From an uncultured Bacteroides sp. (GTDB taxonomy: Bacteria; Bacillota; Clostridia; Oscillospirales; Acutalibacteraceae): a stretch of DNA of 64,000 bases. Below, one piece after another: positions 16,672 through 27,734 of the stretch (its first letter is position 1; each line of letters begins with the position of its first letter). Where the stretch lies: contig CAZYDW010000005.1 in the NCBI GenBank assembly GCA_964646445.1, positions 1,150-65,149 on the forward strand. The letters are read 5' to 3'. Below the pieces are notes generated by a model, which searched no databases, had not been told where the DNA came from, and saw only the letters and a program-made list of their open reading frames with translations. The position numbers were made by a program, and so were the translations under genes.

Positions 16672-17583
16672 ATGATTAATGACATCCAGCAGGAAATTAT
16701 AAGATTAAAAAAAGAAAATGACATTTGCATACTTGCGCATTGTTACCAGACGCCTGAAATTTTAGAGGTTGCGGATTTTGTCGGCGACAGCTTTGCTCTT
16801 TCGGTTGAGGCATCAAAGCTCGGCAATAAAACCGTAATTATGTGTGGCGTACGCTTTATGGCTGAAACGGTTAAAATTCTTTCGCCTGATAAAAAGGTTA
16901 TTCTTTCAAATCCTGCTGCAGGATGTCCCATGGCTGAAATGTTTGACAAGCAGCTTGTTTTACAGCTTAAACAAAAATATCCGGATTATGCGGTTGTTGC
17001 ATATATTAATACAACAAGCGAGCTTAAAACTGTTTGCGATGTCTGTGTTACATCATCATCCGCACTTAAAATCTGCGCCAAGCTTGACAATGACAATATT
17101 ATTTTTATTCCCGACTGTAACCTCGGCAGTTGGATTGCCAAGCAGCTTCCCGATAAAAATTTTAAGCTTTTTAACGGAGGCTGCCCTACGCATGTCAAGC
17201 TTAATAAAAATGATGTTATTAAAGCTAAAAAATTACACCCTGATGCATTATTACTGGTTCATCCCGAATGCAGAAGCGAGGTTTTTGAACTTGCTGATTA
17301 TGTCGGTTCAACAACGGGTATTATGAACTTTGCGAGAAAGAGTGATGCAAAGGAGTTTATCATAGGCACTGAAAACAGCATTGTCACACATTTGCAGCTT
17401 GAATGCAGCGACAAAATGTTTTATCCGCTTTCAAAGGACTGCATATGTCACAATATGAAAGCTACCACGCTTGTTGATGTTCTTAACTGCTGCAAGGGTA
17501 AATTCGGCGAAGAAATTACGCTTGATAATGATGTATATGTTGGTGCAAAAAAATGCATCGACGAAATGATTAGGTTAGGTTAA
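16672..17583 (+). CDS. nadA: quinolinate synthase A
   Basis: ILAHCYQ, CGVRFMAE, GCPMA, YINT, GCPTH, HPEC. Confidence 0.93.
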   Translation: MINDIQQEIIRLKKENDICILAHCYQTPEILEVADFVGDSFALSVEASKLGNKTVIMCGVRFMAETVKILSPDKKVILSNPAAGCPMAEMFDKQLVLQLKQKYPDYAVVAYINTTSELKTVCDVCVTSSSALKICAKLDNDNIIFIPDCNLGSWIAKQLPDKNFKLFNGGCPTHVKLNKNDVIKAKKLHPDALLLVHPECRSEVFELADYVGSTTGIMNFARKSDAKEFIIGTENSIVTHLQLECSDKMFYPLSKDCICHNMKATTLVDVLNCCKGKFGEEITLDNDVYVGAKKCIDEMIRLG

Positions 17584-17586
17584 TAT

Positions 17587-18651
17587 ATGAGCAAAAAAGC
17601 TATTGTCGCAATGAGCGGCGGTGTTGATTCGAGCGTTGCCGCTTTCCTTATGAAAAAAAACGGTTTTGACTGCATAGGCGCAACAATGAAGCTTTATGAT
17701 AACAGTGATGTTAATATAAGCAGGGAAAAAACCTGTTGCTCGCTTAATGACATTGAGGATGCGCGTGCTGTTGCATTTCGCCTTGATATACCTTATTATG
17801 TCTTTAATTTTAAGGATGAATTTAAGCACAAGGTTATTGACAAGTTTATCCGTACCTATGAAAACGGCGGTACGCCCAACCCATGCATTGACTGTAACCG
17901 ATATCTTAAATTTGAAAAGCTGTTTCAGCGTATGCGGGAGCTGAAATTTGATTATATTGTGACAGGTCATTATGCAAGGGTTGAGGAAAGGGACGGCTGG
18001 TTCTATTTAAAAAAAGGAATTGATGACGGCAAGGACCAAAGCTATGTTCTTTATTCACTTACACAGGAGCAGCTTGCGCACATAATTTTCCCTCTTGGCA
18101 ATTATTCAAAACAGCAAATCAGGGGAATTGCCGAAAAGCAGGGCTTTATGAACGCACGAAAAAAAGACAGTCAGGATATCTGTTTTGTACCGGACGGCGA
18201 TTATTCAGGCTTTATTGAAAAATACCTCGGCAAAACTTATCCGAAAGGAAATTTTATTGATTTAAACTCAAATGTGCTTGGTGAGCATCAGGGAATTATC
18301 AAATATACAATCGGTCAGCGCAAAGGGCTTGGTGTTGCTTTCGGAAAGCCTATGTATGTCTGCGCAAAAAATCCAAGTGAAAATACGGTAACTCTTTGCA
18401 CAAATGACGAGCTTTATTCAAATGAGCTTACCGCCTTTGATTTTAACTGGCTTATACCAAATCCTGAAAAAGAATTTTCCTGCAAGGCAAGGATAAGATA
18501 TAATATGAAAGAGCAAAATGCGCTCGTATCAATTCTTGATGATAAAAGGGTAAATGTTTTATTTGATGAGCCGCAAAGGGCAATAACCAAGGGGCAGGCA
18601 GTTGTGCTTTATAATGATGATACCGTTCTTGGCGGCGGTACAATTCTCTGA
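17587..18651 (+). CDS. mnmA: tRNA 2-thiouridylase
   Basis: AMSGGVDSS, TPNPCIDCN, TGHYA, KDQSY, DSQDICF, YTIGQRKGLG. Confidence 0.96.
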   Translation: MSKKAIVAMSGGVDSSVAAFLMKKNGFDCIGATMKLYDNSDVNISREKTCCSLNDIEDARAVAFRLDIPYYVFNFKDEFKHKVIDKFIRTYENGGTPNPCIDCNRYLKFEKLFQRMRELKFDYIVTGHYARVEERDGWFYLKKGIDDGKDQSYVLYSLTQEQLAHIIFPLGNYSKQQIRGIAEKQGFMNARKKDSQDICFVPDGDYSGFIEKYLGKTYPKGNFIDLNSNVLGEHQGIIKYTIGQRKGLGVAFGKPMYVCAKNPSENTVTLCTNDELYSNELTAFDFNWLIPNPEKEFSCKARIRYNMKEQNALVSILDDKRVNVLFDEPQRAITKGQAVVLYNDDTVLGGGTIL

Positions 18652-18675
18652 CAGCCTAACGGATTTTTAAATAAT

Positions 18676-18705
18676 TAACACGGCATGGAATTTCATGCCG
18701 TGTTA
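18676..18705. terminator. bidirectional terminator-like hairpin
   Basis: Perfect 12-bp stem TAACACGGCATG/CATGCCGTGTTA between convergent genes. Confidence 0.75.
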
Positions 18706-18716
18706 TTGTTTATATA

Positions 18717-20027
18717 TTACAATTTAACCTCAATAGGCTTTCCGCCGTTTTCCCTTGACTCATCAGCAAGATAAACGCTGAGATGACCTGCAACACTGTC
18801 AAAAATTGATGTGCATGCAAGACTCGGCTTTTCGCCTCTTATAAATTTAACAAAATCCTCTGCAAGCCTTTCATCACCGCCGCCGTGACCGCCGTAAGCG
18901 CCGACCATATCTCCGCTGACATTTAGGTCAACCTCCTCAACATCACATTCTCCGTTATGTGCATCGGGCGACGGATTGATTTTAAGAACTTTAAATTTTG
19001 ACTCTTCAAAGTTGCCGAATATTTCACCTTTAGTTCCGATGATATGAATACTCCGTCTTGGTTCTGCGCTGCCGCCGACCATATTGTGCGTGCCTGTTGC
19101 ACCGCTTGCAAAGTTTACAAGAACCGACTGATGATCAACAACATTATTGTCGCATTTATACATACATCTTGCATACGGACTGTCGCTTTTCATAAGAGCT
19201 ATTTTATCCTCAATTGTAGGATTTTGTATCCCTTCAAGTGCGTCCCATACATAAAATGCCCATCTGTCAGGGTGGTCAATATAAAGCCTTTTGGTTGAAA
19301 AATTGCAGGTGTCAACATAAGGGCAGTCAAGCATACAGATATTTCCAGCGCCTTCAGGAGCGTTTTCAGGCTTAAACTGATATTTGCTTCCGTATGATGA
19401 AATTGATACGGGCTTTGTTTCACTCATAAACCACATCATTAAATCCATATCATGGCAGCACTTGGCAAGAAGCATTGTAGTATGGCATTTATCTGAATTT
19501 GCCCACTTGCCCCTAACATATGAGGTAGAAAGATGATGATATGAAACATGCTCGGTAGTTTGAATATTAATGATATTTCCGATTTCGCCGTTTACAATTC
19601 TTTGTTTAATACCATAGTAAAACGGAGTGTACCGCAATACATGACAAATCATAACCTTTGAGTTGTTTTTTCTTGCACATTCAACAAGCTCTCTCATTTC
19701 CTTTTCGTTTACGGCAAAAGGCTTTTCAAGCAGCATATCATAGCCGGCGTTTAAAAGGGGAACGGCAGTTTCTATATGCTGTTCATCCATAGTACCGTTT
19801 ATTATGGTATCGGCAAGTCTTCCTTTTTTCGCAAGCTCATCTGCGTTATTAAAGCACATATCATCGCTGAATCCGAAATATTCCATACAGTGCTTTCTTC
19901 TTACAGGATTTGGGTCGGCAACTCCAACGATTTTCAAAAGCTCAGGTTTTGTTTTTGCAAGCTCACTGTAAACAAAAGCTCTGTGGCCTGCCCCCACAAT
20001 TATTGCAGTAATCGGTTTTTGTTCCAT
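18717..20027 (-). CDS. Gfo/Idh/MocA-family oxidoreductase
   Basis: VGAGHRA, LEKPFA, KCCHDMD, GHGGGD; start set at ATG 20027 (GAGGT SD). Confidence 0.9.
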   Translation of the reverse strand: MEQKPITAIIVGAGHRAFVYSELAKTKPELLKIVGVADPNPVRRKHCMEYFGFSDDMCFNNADELAKKGRLADTIINGTMDEQHIETAVPLLNAGYDMLLEKPFAVNEKEMRELVECARKNNSKVMICHVLRYTPFYYGIKQRIVNGEIGNIINIQTTEHVSYHHLSTSYVRGKWANSDKCHTTMLLAKCCHDMDLMMWFMSETKPVSISSYGSKYQFKPENAPEGAGNICMLDCPYVDTCNFSTKRLYIDHPDRWAFYVWDALEGIQNPTIEDKIALMKSDSPYARCMYKCDNNVVDHQSVLVNFASGATGTHNMVGGSAEPRRSIHIIGTKGEIFGNFEESKFKVLKINPSPDAHNGECDVEEVDLNVSGDMVGAYGGHGGGDERLAEDFVKFIRGEKPSLACTSIFDSVAGHLSVYLADESRENGGKPIEVKL

Positions 20028-20123
20028 ATTTATGACCTCAATTAATATGTAATATAAATTATTTTTATTATATACCAACAGGCTGTAAATTTAAAGAGGT
20101 ATTTTTAATTTTCATTGATAATG

Positions 20124-20152
20124 TTGACAGTTTTTGCTAATAATTCTATAAT
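20124..20152 (+). promoter_or_regulatory. consensus sigma-A promoter of the ABC pair
   Basis: TTGACA-17 nt-TATAAT. Confidence 0.8.
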
Positions 20153-20181
20153 AGTAAAAAAGTTATAACGGAGTAGTTATT

Positions 20182-21894
20182 TTGAAAAAATTATTGATTT
20201 ATCTCAAAGGTGATATTTTTGTGTCAATACTTGCGCCGCTTTTTAAATTGCTTGAGGCATCGTTTGAATTGATAGTTCCTCTTGTAATTGCCGCAATTAT
20301 TGATAAAGGTATTTATAATAATGACATCAAATATATTATAAGCCGCTGCGGTATACTTATCTGTCTTGCTCTTATCGGTATGATTGCCGCAATATCCGCG
20401 CAATTCTTTGCGGCAAAGGCTGCAACGGGCTTTGGCAGAAGGTTAAGGCATTCATTGTTTGAAAAAATACAATCGCTCTCTTTCAGTGAGCTTGACAAGC
20501 TCGGCACATCATCTCTGATTACACGAATGACCAATGATGTCAACCAAGTGCAAAATGGTGTTAATCTTGTTTTAAGGCTTTTATTGAGATCACCGTTTAT
20601 CGTTGTAGGCGCAATGCTTATGGCATTTTTAATTGATGTTAAATGTGCGCTTATATTTCTTGCATCAATTATACTTCTGTCGCTTGTTATATTTGGCATT
20701 ATGGCGTATACAATACCGAGATATAAAAATATTCAGTCAAAGCTTGATGATGTTACGCTTATCAGCCGTGAAAATCTAACCGGAGCAAGAGTAATCAGGG
20801 CATTTACCCGCGAGGCTGATGAAATATCTGAATTTAAACGCAGAAATATACTTTTGTCATCGCTTCAAAAATCAGTGGGCAGAATATCTGCACTGCTTAA
20901 TCCCGTTACTTATGTGATTATAAATACAGCAATTGTTATACTTGTTTACAGCGGCGCTCTTCGTGTAAACAGTGATGTTCTCACACAAGGACAGGTTGTT
21001 GCGCTTTATAATTATATGAGCCAGATTTTGGTTGAGCTTATTAAGCTTGCAAATCTTATTATAACTGTAACAAAAGCATTTGCGTCCGCCGAAAGAATTA
21101 ATAATGTATTTGAAAATCAAAGCTCGCTTGAGCTTACCGGAAGCGGCAAAAAATCCGACTCTTATATTTCGTTTGACAATGTTTCACTAACCTATAAAAA
21201 TTCGTCGGAGCAGACCTTAAGCTCAATCAGCTTCAATGTAAAAAAAGGCGAAACAATAGGAATAATAGGAGGTACGGGTTCAGGAAAATCAAGTCTTGTA
21301 TCACTGCTTGCTCATTTTTATGATGCAACACGGGGAACTGTTTTTGTTGATTATACCGATGTTAAAGATATTGACCCGGTGCTTTTGCGTAAGCATATAG
21401 GTTATGTTCAGCAAAAAGCCGTGCTGTTTAAGGGAACTGTCCGTGATAATATGAAATGGGGGAAAAAGGACGCTTCAGACAGCGAAATCAATTTGGCGCT
21501 TGAACGGGCGCAGATACTTGATATTATCAATGAAAAGGGCGGTCTTGATTTTGAAATAGAGCAGGGCGGCTCAAACCTTTCAGGCGGTCAAAGGCAAAGG
21601 CTTTCCATTGCAAGGGCGCTCGTGAGAGAGCCTGATGTTCTTGTTTTAGATGATTCATTTTCAGCACTTGACTTTGCGACTGAGGCAAAGCTTCGCACCG
21701 AGATATATAATCTTAAGTATAATCCGACGGTCTTTATAGTTTCACAGCGAGCATCCTCGGTAATGAGTGCGGACAAAATTATTGTGCTTGAGGACGGCGT
21801 ATGTGCCGGAATTGCTCCTCACAGTGAATTGCTTGAAAGCTGCGAGGTATACAGAGAAATTTATAACTCTCAGTTTTCCGCGGAGGCTGTATAA
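20182..21894 (+). CDS. heterodimeric ABC exporter, subunit 1 (TMD + degenerate NBD)
   Basis: GGTGSGKS, LSGGQRQRL, Walker B LVLDDSFS (non-canonical). Confidence 0.93.
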   Translation: MKKLLIYLKGDIFVSILAPLFKLLEASFELIVPLVIAAIIDKGIYNNDIKYIISRCGILICLALIGMIAAISAQFFAAKAATGFGRRLRHSLFEKIQSLSFSELDKLGTSSLITRMTNDVNQVQNGVNLVLRLLLRSPFIVVGAMLMAFLIDVKCALIFLASIILLSLVIFGIMAYTIPRYKNIQSKLDDVTLISRENLTGARVIRAFTREADEISEFKRRNILLSSLQKSVGRISALLNPVTYVIINTAIVILVYSGALRVNSDVLTQGQVVALYNYMSQILVELIKLANLIITVTKAFASAERINNVFENQSSLELTGSGKKSDSYISFDNVSLTYKNSSEQTLSSISFNVKKGETIGIIGGTGSGKSSLVSLLAHFYDATRGTVFVDYTDVKDIDPVLLRKHIGYVQQKAVLFKGTVRDNMKWGKKDASDSEINLALERAQILDIINEKGGLDFEIEQGGSNLSGGQRQRLSIARALVREPDVLVLDDSFSALDFATEAKLRTEIYNLKYNPTVFIVSQRASSVMSADKIIVLEDGVCAGIAPHSELLESCEVYREIYNSQFSAEAV

Positions 21895-23634
21895 ATGAAA
21901 AATAAAGGCACATTAAAAAAAGTTTTAATATATATTGGCAAATACAAATATTATTTGTTTACATCAATGCTTTTTGCACTTTTCAGTGTTGCGCTTGTTT
22001 TATACGCGCCGATACTTGTAGGCAGGGCAATTGACTGTATTATAGGTCCCGGAAATGTCGATTTTGAAAAAATAGGTCAGATACTTATAATGCTTATTGC
22101 CGTTATTCTGGTAACTGCCGTTTTGCAGTGGCTTATGAATGTGTGCAACAATAAAATTGCATATAATGTATCAAGAGATTTGAGGCAAAAGGTATTTGAA
22201 AAAATCGAAATTCTGCCTTGCTCTTATCTTGACAGTCATTCAAGCGGCGATATTGTGAGCCGTGTAATTAATGATGTTGATCAGCTTTCGGACGGTCTGC
22301 TGATGGGCTTTACTCAATTTTTCACAGGCGTTGTTACCATAATAGGAACAATCGGCTTTATGCTGTCAATTAATCTATGGATAACTCTTGTGGTTGTGCT
22401 TGTAACTCCGTTATCCTTTTTTATCGCCCGCTTTATTGCTGTAAAGACATACAGTATGTTTTCACTTCAATCAAGCACGAGAGGTGAGCAGACAGCATTC
22501 ATTGATGAAATGGTTTCAAATCAGAAGGTTTGTGACGCCTATAATATGGACAGTGAAAACCTTGAAAAATTTGATAATATTAACGACAGGCTTGCATTAT
22601 ATTCGTTAAAAGCAACATTCTTTTCGTCAATTACAAATCCCGCAACAAGGTTTGTCAACAGCATTGTTTATGCCGCAGTTGCTCTTTTTGGCGCAATCCT
22701 TGCTGTGAACGGTGGTATAACGGTTGGAATTTTATCCTGCTTTTTGTCATATGCAAATCAATATACAAAGCCGTTCAACGAAATAAGCTCAGTTGTTACA
22801 GAGCTTCAAAATGCGCTTGCCTGTGCGCAGAGGGTTTTTGATTTGGTTGAAGAAAAATCAGTTGAGCCTGATAAAAGCACGGCTATAACTATATCTAATC
22901 CTTATGGCAACATTGAAATCAGTGATATGAGCTTTTCATATACTCCAAAAAAGCCTTTGATTAAAAATCTTAATCTGACTGTAAAGCAGGGAATGACAGT
23001 TGCAATCGTCGGACCGACCGGCTGCGGTAAAACAACTCTTATTAATTTATTAATGCGCTTTTACGACAGCGTAAGCGGTACAATTAAGCTTGATGGAATT
23101 GATATAAAAGATATAACAATGTCGTCGCTGAGGAGCAATATTGCAATGGTGCTTCAGGATACCTGGCTTAAAAGCGCAACAATAGCAGATAATATTCGTC
23201 TTGCAAAGCCGGATGCATCCGATGATGAGGTTATTGCCGCTGCAAAGGCAGCACATTCACATTCATTTATCAAGCGTCTGCCAAATGGCTATAATACATT
23301 TATAGGCGAGGACGGCGGCTCGCTTTCACAAGGGCAGAAACAGCTTTTGTGCATTACAAGGATTATGCTCTCTCCGCCGCCGATATTAATTCTTGACGAG
23401 GCTACATCCTCAATTGACACAAGAACGGAAATTAAAATACAGAAAGCTTTTAATACCTTGATGAAGGGCAGAACAACCTTTATTGTTGCTCACAGGCTGT
23501 CAACAATACAGAATGCCGATTTAATTCTTGTTATGAATGACGGCGATATCATCGAGCAGGGGACACACAGTGAATTATTCGCTGCCAAAGGATTTTATTA
23601 TGATTTGTATAATTCACAGTTTCCGAAAGAATAA
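21895..23634 (+). CDS. heterodimeric ABC exporter, subunit 2 (TMD + NBD)
   Basis: GPTGCGKT, LSQGQKQLL, ILDEATSS, AHRLST. Confidence 0.93.
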   Translation: MKNKGTLKKVLIYIGKYKYYLFTSMLFALFSVALVLYAPILVGRAIDCIIGPGNVDFEKIGQILIMLIAVILVTAVLQWLMNVCNNKIAYNVSRDLRQKVFEKIEILPCSYLDSHSSGDIVSRVINDVDQLSDGLLMGFTQFFTGVVTIIGTIGFMLSINLWITLVVVLVTPLSFFIARFIAVKTYSMFSLQSSTRGEQTAFIDEMVSNQKVCDAYNMDSENLEKFDNINDRLALYSLKATFFSSITNPATRFVNSIVYAAVALFGAILAVNGGITVGILSCFLSYANQYTKPFNEISSVVTELQNALACAQRVFDLVEEKSVEPDKSTAITISNPYGNIEISDMSFSYTPKKPLIKNLNLTVKQGMTVAIVGPTGCGKTTLINLLMRFYDSVSGTIKLDGIDIKDITMSSLRSNIAMVLQDTWLKSATIADNIRLAKPDASDDEVIAAAKAAHSHSFIKRLPNGYNTFIGEDGGSLSQGQKQLLCITRIMLSPPPILILDEATSSIDTRTEIKIQKAFNTLMKGRTTFIVAHRLSTIQNADLILVMNDGDIIEQGTHSELFAAKGFYYDLYNSQFPKE

Positions 23635-23637
23635 TTA

Positions 23638-23676
23638 AAAATCATAACCACCCGTTTGAAGGGTGGTTATGATTTT
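23638..23676. terminator. perfect 16-bp hairpin between convergent genes
   Basis: AAAATCATAACCACCC-GTTTGAA-GGGTGGTTATGATTTT. Confidence 0.75.
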
Positions 23677-23714
23677 CTCGTATAAAAGGGACAGGTCGTC
23701 GGCAAAGGATTTTA

Positions 23715-25742
23715 TCAGAAAATTATTATACCGCCGCCATTATTAATAAGCATAAATGCACTTGAGAAAACAAGCGAAACTATGGTCATAAGCTTTATTA
23801 AGATATTTATTGACGGTCCCGAAGTGTCCTTAAAAGGGTCACCGACAGTATCACCGACAACAGCGGCCTTATGTGCTTCTGAGCCCTTTCCGCCGTCTGT
23901 TAAGCCTTCAATATATTTTTTTGCATTATCCCATGCACCGCCTGAATTAGCCATAAATATTGCCATCATAACACCGCTGACAAGCGCGCCGGCAAGCAGT
24001 CCTCCAAGGCTTTCAACGCCGAGTAAAAAGCCGACAACAATCGGCACAACGACTGCCATAATTCCCGGAAGAATCATTTCGTGCAGTGCAGCATTTGTTG
24101 AAATTGAAACGCATCTCTTGTAGTCTGGCTTTGCTTTACCCTCAAGTATTTCGGGATTGGTTTTAAACTGGCGCCTTACCTCATCAATCATTTTATTTGC
24201 AGCCTTACCTACACTGCTCATAGTAAAAGCGGAGAAAAGGTAGGGGAGCATAGCTCCGATAAAAAGACCTACAACAACCTTTGCATCAAGTATGCTCATA
24301 GCACCGTTTGTTATGCCCGTTGTTTCTGCATATGACGCAAAAAGAGCAAGAGCAGTTAATGCTGCCGAACCGATTGCAAAGCCCTTTCCGATAGCGGCAG
24401 TTGTATTTCCAACTGAATCAAGCTTGTCTGTTATATCACGAACACTGCTGTCAAGTCCGCTCATTTCTGCAATTCCGCCTGCATTATCTGCAATAGGACC
24501 GTAAGCGTCAACAGCAACTGTGATACCCGTTGTTGATAACATTCCAACTGCGGCTATTGCAATGCCGTAAAGACCGAGTGATTTATATGAAACGAGTATT
24601 CCGGCGCAAATAAATAAAATAGGTATTGCCGTCGATTTAAGCCCTACACTCATGCCGGTTATAATATTGGTTGCCGCACCTGTTTTTGATGCGTCGGCAA
24701 TATCCCTGACCGGTTTATAATCGCCTGAAGTAAATATTTCCGTAAGCTTTCCGACTGACGTACCGACAATTAAGCCTGCAAGAATACACCAAAAGGCATT
24801 AAAGCTGCCGAGAATGGTTTTTGAAAATATTGCGCCGAATAAAATTACAATTACAGTTGAAATATATTCGCCTGCATTTAAGGCTTTCTGAGGATTTTTG
24901 CCGCCGAAATTATTAACAAATACAGCCGAAATAATTGAGCCTAAAATACCTATACCGCAAATAATAAGCGGAAAATATGCTTTTTCTCCGTTGTCGGTAT
25001 TTGCCAGCATTGCAAGTGTTACCGCAGAAATAACAGAGCCTACATATGATTCAAACAAATCGGCTCCCATGCCGGCAACATCACCTACATTATCGCCTAC
25101 ATTATCAGCGATTGTGGCGGGATTCCTCGGGTCATCCTCGGGTATTCCTGCTTCAACCTTACCTACAAGGTCAGCACCCACATCAGCAGCCTTTGTGTAT
25201 ATTCCGCCGCCGACTCTTGCAAAAAGCGCAATCGAGGAGGCGCCGAGTGAAAAGCCCGTGAGAATATTAGTCCTATCAGGATTGTTATTTACAAATAAAA
25301 GCATTATCAGGCTTATTCCTATAATTCCGAGACCGACAACCGAAAGCCCCATAACAGCGCCGCCGCTGAAAGCGATTTTCAGTGCGCCCTTAATTCCGCT
25401 TTTACCTGCCATATTTGCAGTTCTTACATTTGCCTTTGTTGCAACGGTCATACCGAAATATCCGGCAAGCGTTGAGAACACTGCACCTATAAGGAAACAT
25501 ATGGCAGTGAGCCAGCCGTTTGGCAAAAGAAAGCCTATCAGCAAAAATAACGCGGCAACAAAAAATACAAGAACCTTATATTCACTGTATAGAAATGCTT
25601 TTGCGCCGCTTTCAACAGCATGCGCAATTTCCTTCATCTTATCACTTCCGGCATCTTTTTTGCTTATACTTATTGCTGTAATCAAAGCAAAAATCAATGC
25701 AATTACACCTGCAATCGGCGCAATATAAATAAGTGTATTCAT
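23715..25742 (-). CDS. hppA: membrane-integral pyrophosphatase, K+-dependent type (probably Na+-pumping)
   Basis: [41 protein letters not shown] (Ala rather than Lys), [10 protein letters not shown]. Confidence 0.93.
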   Translation of the reverse strand: MNTLIYIAPIAGVIALIFALITAISISKKDAGSDKMKEIAHAVESGAKAFLYSEYKVLVFFVAALFLLIGFLLPNGWLTAICFLIGAVFSTLAGYFGMTVATKANVRTANMAGKSGIKGALKIAFSGGAVMGLSVVGLGIIGISLIMLLFVNNNPDRTNILTGFSLGASSIALFARVGGGIYTKAADVGADLVGKVEAGIPEDDPRNPATIADNVGDNVGDVAGMGADLFESYVGSVISAVTLAMLANTDNGEKAYFPLIICGIGILGSIISAVFVNNFGGKNPQKALNAGEYISTVIVILFGAIFSKTILGSFNAFWCILAGLIVGTSVGKLTEIFTSGDYKPVRDIADASKTGAATNIITGMSVGLKSTAIPILFICAGILVSYKSLGLYGIAIAAVGMLSTTGITVAVDAYGPIADNAGGIAEMSGLDSSVRDITDKLDSVGNTTAAIGKGFAIGSAALTALALFASYAETTGITNGAMSILDAKVVVGLFIGAMLPYLFSAFTMSSVGKAANKMIDEVRRQFKTNPEILEGKAKPDYKRCVSISTNAALHEMILPGIMAVVVPIVVGFLLGVESLGGLLAGALVSGVMMAIFMANSGGAWDNAKKYIEGLTDGGKGSEAHKAAVVGDTVGDPFKDTSGPSINILIKLMTIVSLVFSSAFMLINNGGGIIIF

Positions 25743-25897
25743 AAAATCACTCCCAGAATAATTTGCATATATTTTACATCATTATTTTATTATTTGCAAT
25801 ACAATATTAAAAATAACTGTCGTTTTAAAACAGTAATCACCGATAATGTAAAGCTGTTTTAAATAGGCCTTTAAAACCGATACAAGTAATATTGACA

Positions 25898-25931
25898 AAT
25901 AAAAGAAGCGGTACAGTTACCTATACCGCTT
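25898..25931 (-). terminator. intrinsic terminator of the GPH transporter
   Basis: AAGCGGTA/TACCGCTT stem, followed on the minus strand by CTTTTATT. Confidence 0.6.
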
Positions 25932-25958
25932 TTACATATACAAATTATTTGATTTAAA

Positions 25959-27491
25959 TCAGGCATTGTCGCTTGCAGCTGCATCCTTGGCGCTTTGCTC
26001 TGCAAGTCTGTCAGCCCTTTTTTCAGCAAGCTCAACAATCATCTGCTGCTGAAGCTTGCCATGGATTGGATAAAGGATAAATGAAACGCCGTACAGACCT
26101 CTTGCAAGGGCAGGGAGGATACAGAAAACTGCCCAAATGCCGTTTAACATTGTCGGGTCGGTTTGAGGAATAGCGTTACCGACAGAGTCGGTAAGAGGAA
26201 TATAGTTAATCCATGTAAGAACCATACCCGAAAGCCATCCTGTAACAGATGTTGCAAGCTTACCGAAATAACCCTGAACGGTAGTAACAAGGGCTTCGTT
26301 TCTCAGGCCGTGCTTCCATTCCATATAGTCAAGTGCCTCAGCAGTAACAATCTGACCGCTTACATTGAGAATTTTGTTAGGAAGACCGCATATCATCAAA
26401 CCGAAGATAACCCAAATCAGATTGAATATTTTGTGATCGGAGAAGGTCTGACCGAATGGATGATAACCGATTATGAACAATGTCATATAGGCAAAGAAAC
26501 CGAATAATCCCGCAACAATTGATGTTGTGCGGGCACCCCATTTTTTAACCATTTTAGCAGCAAGGGGAACCATTATGTAATTCGGAATACCTGTGAACAG
26601 TCCGCAGATAGTTTGGTGCATAAGAGAACCGGTGTTGTTAAGCCAGAAATATGATTCGGATGAACCGCCGACGGATTTAAATGAGTTAAAGAAATTAGCA
26701 AGTATAACAGCTATAAGAGGTCTGTTTGTAATAATATTTTTTAATGATTCAAATATTGAGGTTTCCTTCATTTCCTCACGGCTCATAAGAGGCACACGCT
26801 CTCTCATATTGAGGCAGCCGAAGATTGCAAAGAAAGCAGCGAGTATAAGCATAAATTTCGCAAATCCGCTGTAAATGCCCCTCATTGAAATATTGCTGTT
26901 GATTTTTGGAAGAACGGTTACAAGAACAGGCACCAGTGACGGCAGCCAAGTACCGAAAAGCTCAAAGAATTTTGTAATGGTAATAAGGTCATTTCGCTCG
27001 TCTGTATTTGGGGTAATATTATAAATCATAAGACCCCATGCGCCGAAATAACTCATACCAAGTCCGTAAATGACAATTGCAACCGCTGCCCATATAACTT
27101 TTTGCCCTGAAGATATGTCAGGCGCGGAGAACATCATAAATCCGCCGATAAACCAAAGCGGCAGGGGTATAATAAAGAACGGTCTGATTCGGCCCCATCT
27201 TGTACGGGTTCGGTCAATTATAAGACCTGAAATAGTATCATCGACCGCATCATAAATGGATGCAAACAGGTTTATGTTTGCATAAGCGGTTGTGTTGAGC
27301 TTAAGAAACTGAATCATAAAAAACTCTTTAAAAGCATCAACAAACTGGGTTAAGTTTTTCTGACCGAAATTAACCAAAACATAAGCCGCAATTTCCTTTG
27401 GGGTAAGATAGCGCTTATGAGTGTATGCGAGCTTGTCAAGCTCATCCATTTCAGATTGGGTCAACTCATCGGTAATAATTTCTTCTGCCAA
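25959..27491 (-). CDS. MFS glycoside-pentoside-hexuronide (MelB-like) cation symporter
   Basis: YDAVDDTISGLIIDRTRTRWGRIRPF; DYMEWKHGLRNEAL; many TM segments. Confidence 0.87.
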   Translation of the reverse strand: MAEEIITDELTQSEMDELDKLAYTHKRYLTPKEIAAYVLVNFGQKNLTQFVDAFKEFFMIQFLKLNTTAYANINLFASIYDAVDDTISGLIIDRTRTRWGRIRPFFIIPLPLWFIGGFMMFSAPDISSGQKVIWAAVAIVIYGLGMSYFGAWGLMIYNITPNTDERNDLITITKFFELFGTWLPSLVPVLVTVLPKINSNISMRGIYSGFAKFMLILAAFFAIFGCLNMRERVPLMSREEMKETSIFESLKNIITNRPLIAVILANFFNSFKSVGGSSESYFWLNNTGSLMHQTICGLFTGIPNYIMVPLAAKMVKKWGARTTSIVAGLFGFFAYMTLFIIGYHPFGQTFSDHKIFNLIWVIFGLMICGLPNKILNVSGQIVTAEALDYMEWKHGLRNEALVTTVQGYFGKLATSVTGWLSGMVLTWINYIPLTDSVGNAIPQTDPTMLNGIWAVFCILPALARGLYGVSFILYPIHGKLQQQMIVELAEKRADRLAEQSAKDAAASDNA

Positions 27492-27669
27492 AATATTCCC
27501 TCATTTCTATTAGGAATTGAAACTGTAGGTAAAATTTATAATACAGTTAAACAGCCTAATATAGAATTGTAATATATTTTTATATTATCATATCATCATT
27601 AGGAAATCAATACTTTTTTAAATGTTGGAAATTTTTATGGCTTTATGTATAAAAGATTGTCGATTTGTA

Positions 27670-27698
27670 TTGACAACTGAATGAAATAATTATAAAAT
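27670..27698 (+). promoter_or_regulatory. sigma-A promoter
   Basis: TTGACA-17 nt-TAAAAT. Confidence 0.7.
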
Positions 27699-27734
27699 AT
27701 ATCAGTAGAACTGAATTTTGAAAGGGGCTTCATT

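Noticed and set aside
23658-23671. GAAGGGTGGTTATG, resembling a T-box bulge (AGGGTGGNACCGCG)
   Set aside because: Lacks ACCGCG, is one arm of a perfect palindrome, and lies between convergent 3' ends rather than in a leader.
24898-25728. 276-aa plus-strand ORF
   Set aside because: Antisense shadow of hppA; P/T/S/A-rich composition, no SD, no motifs.
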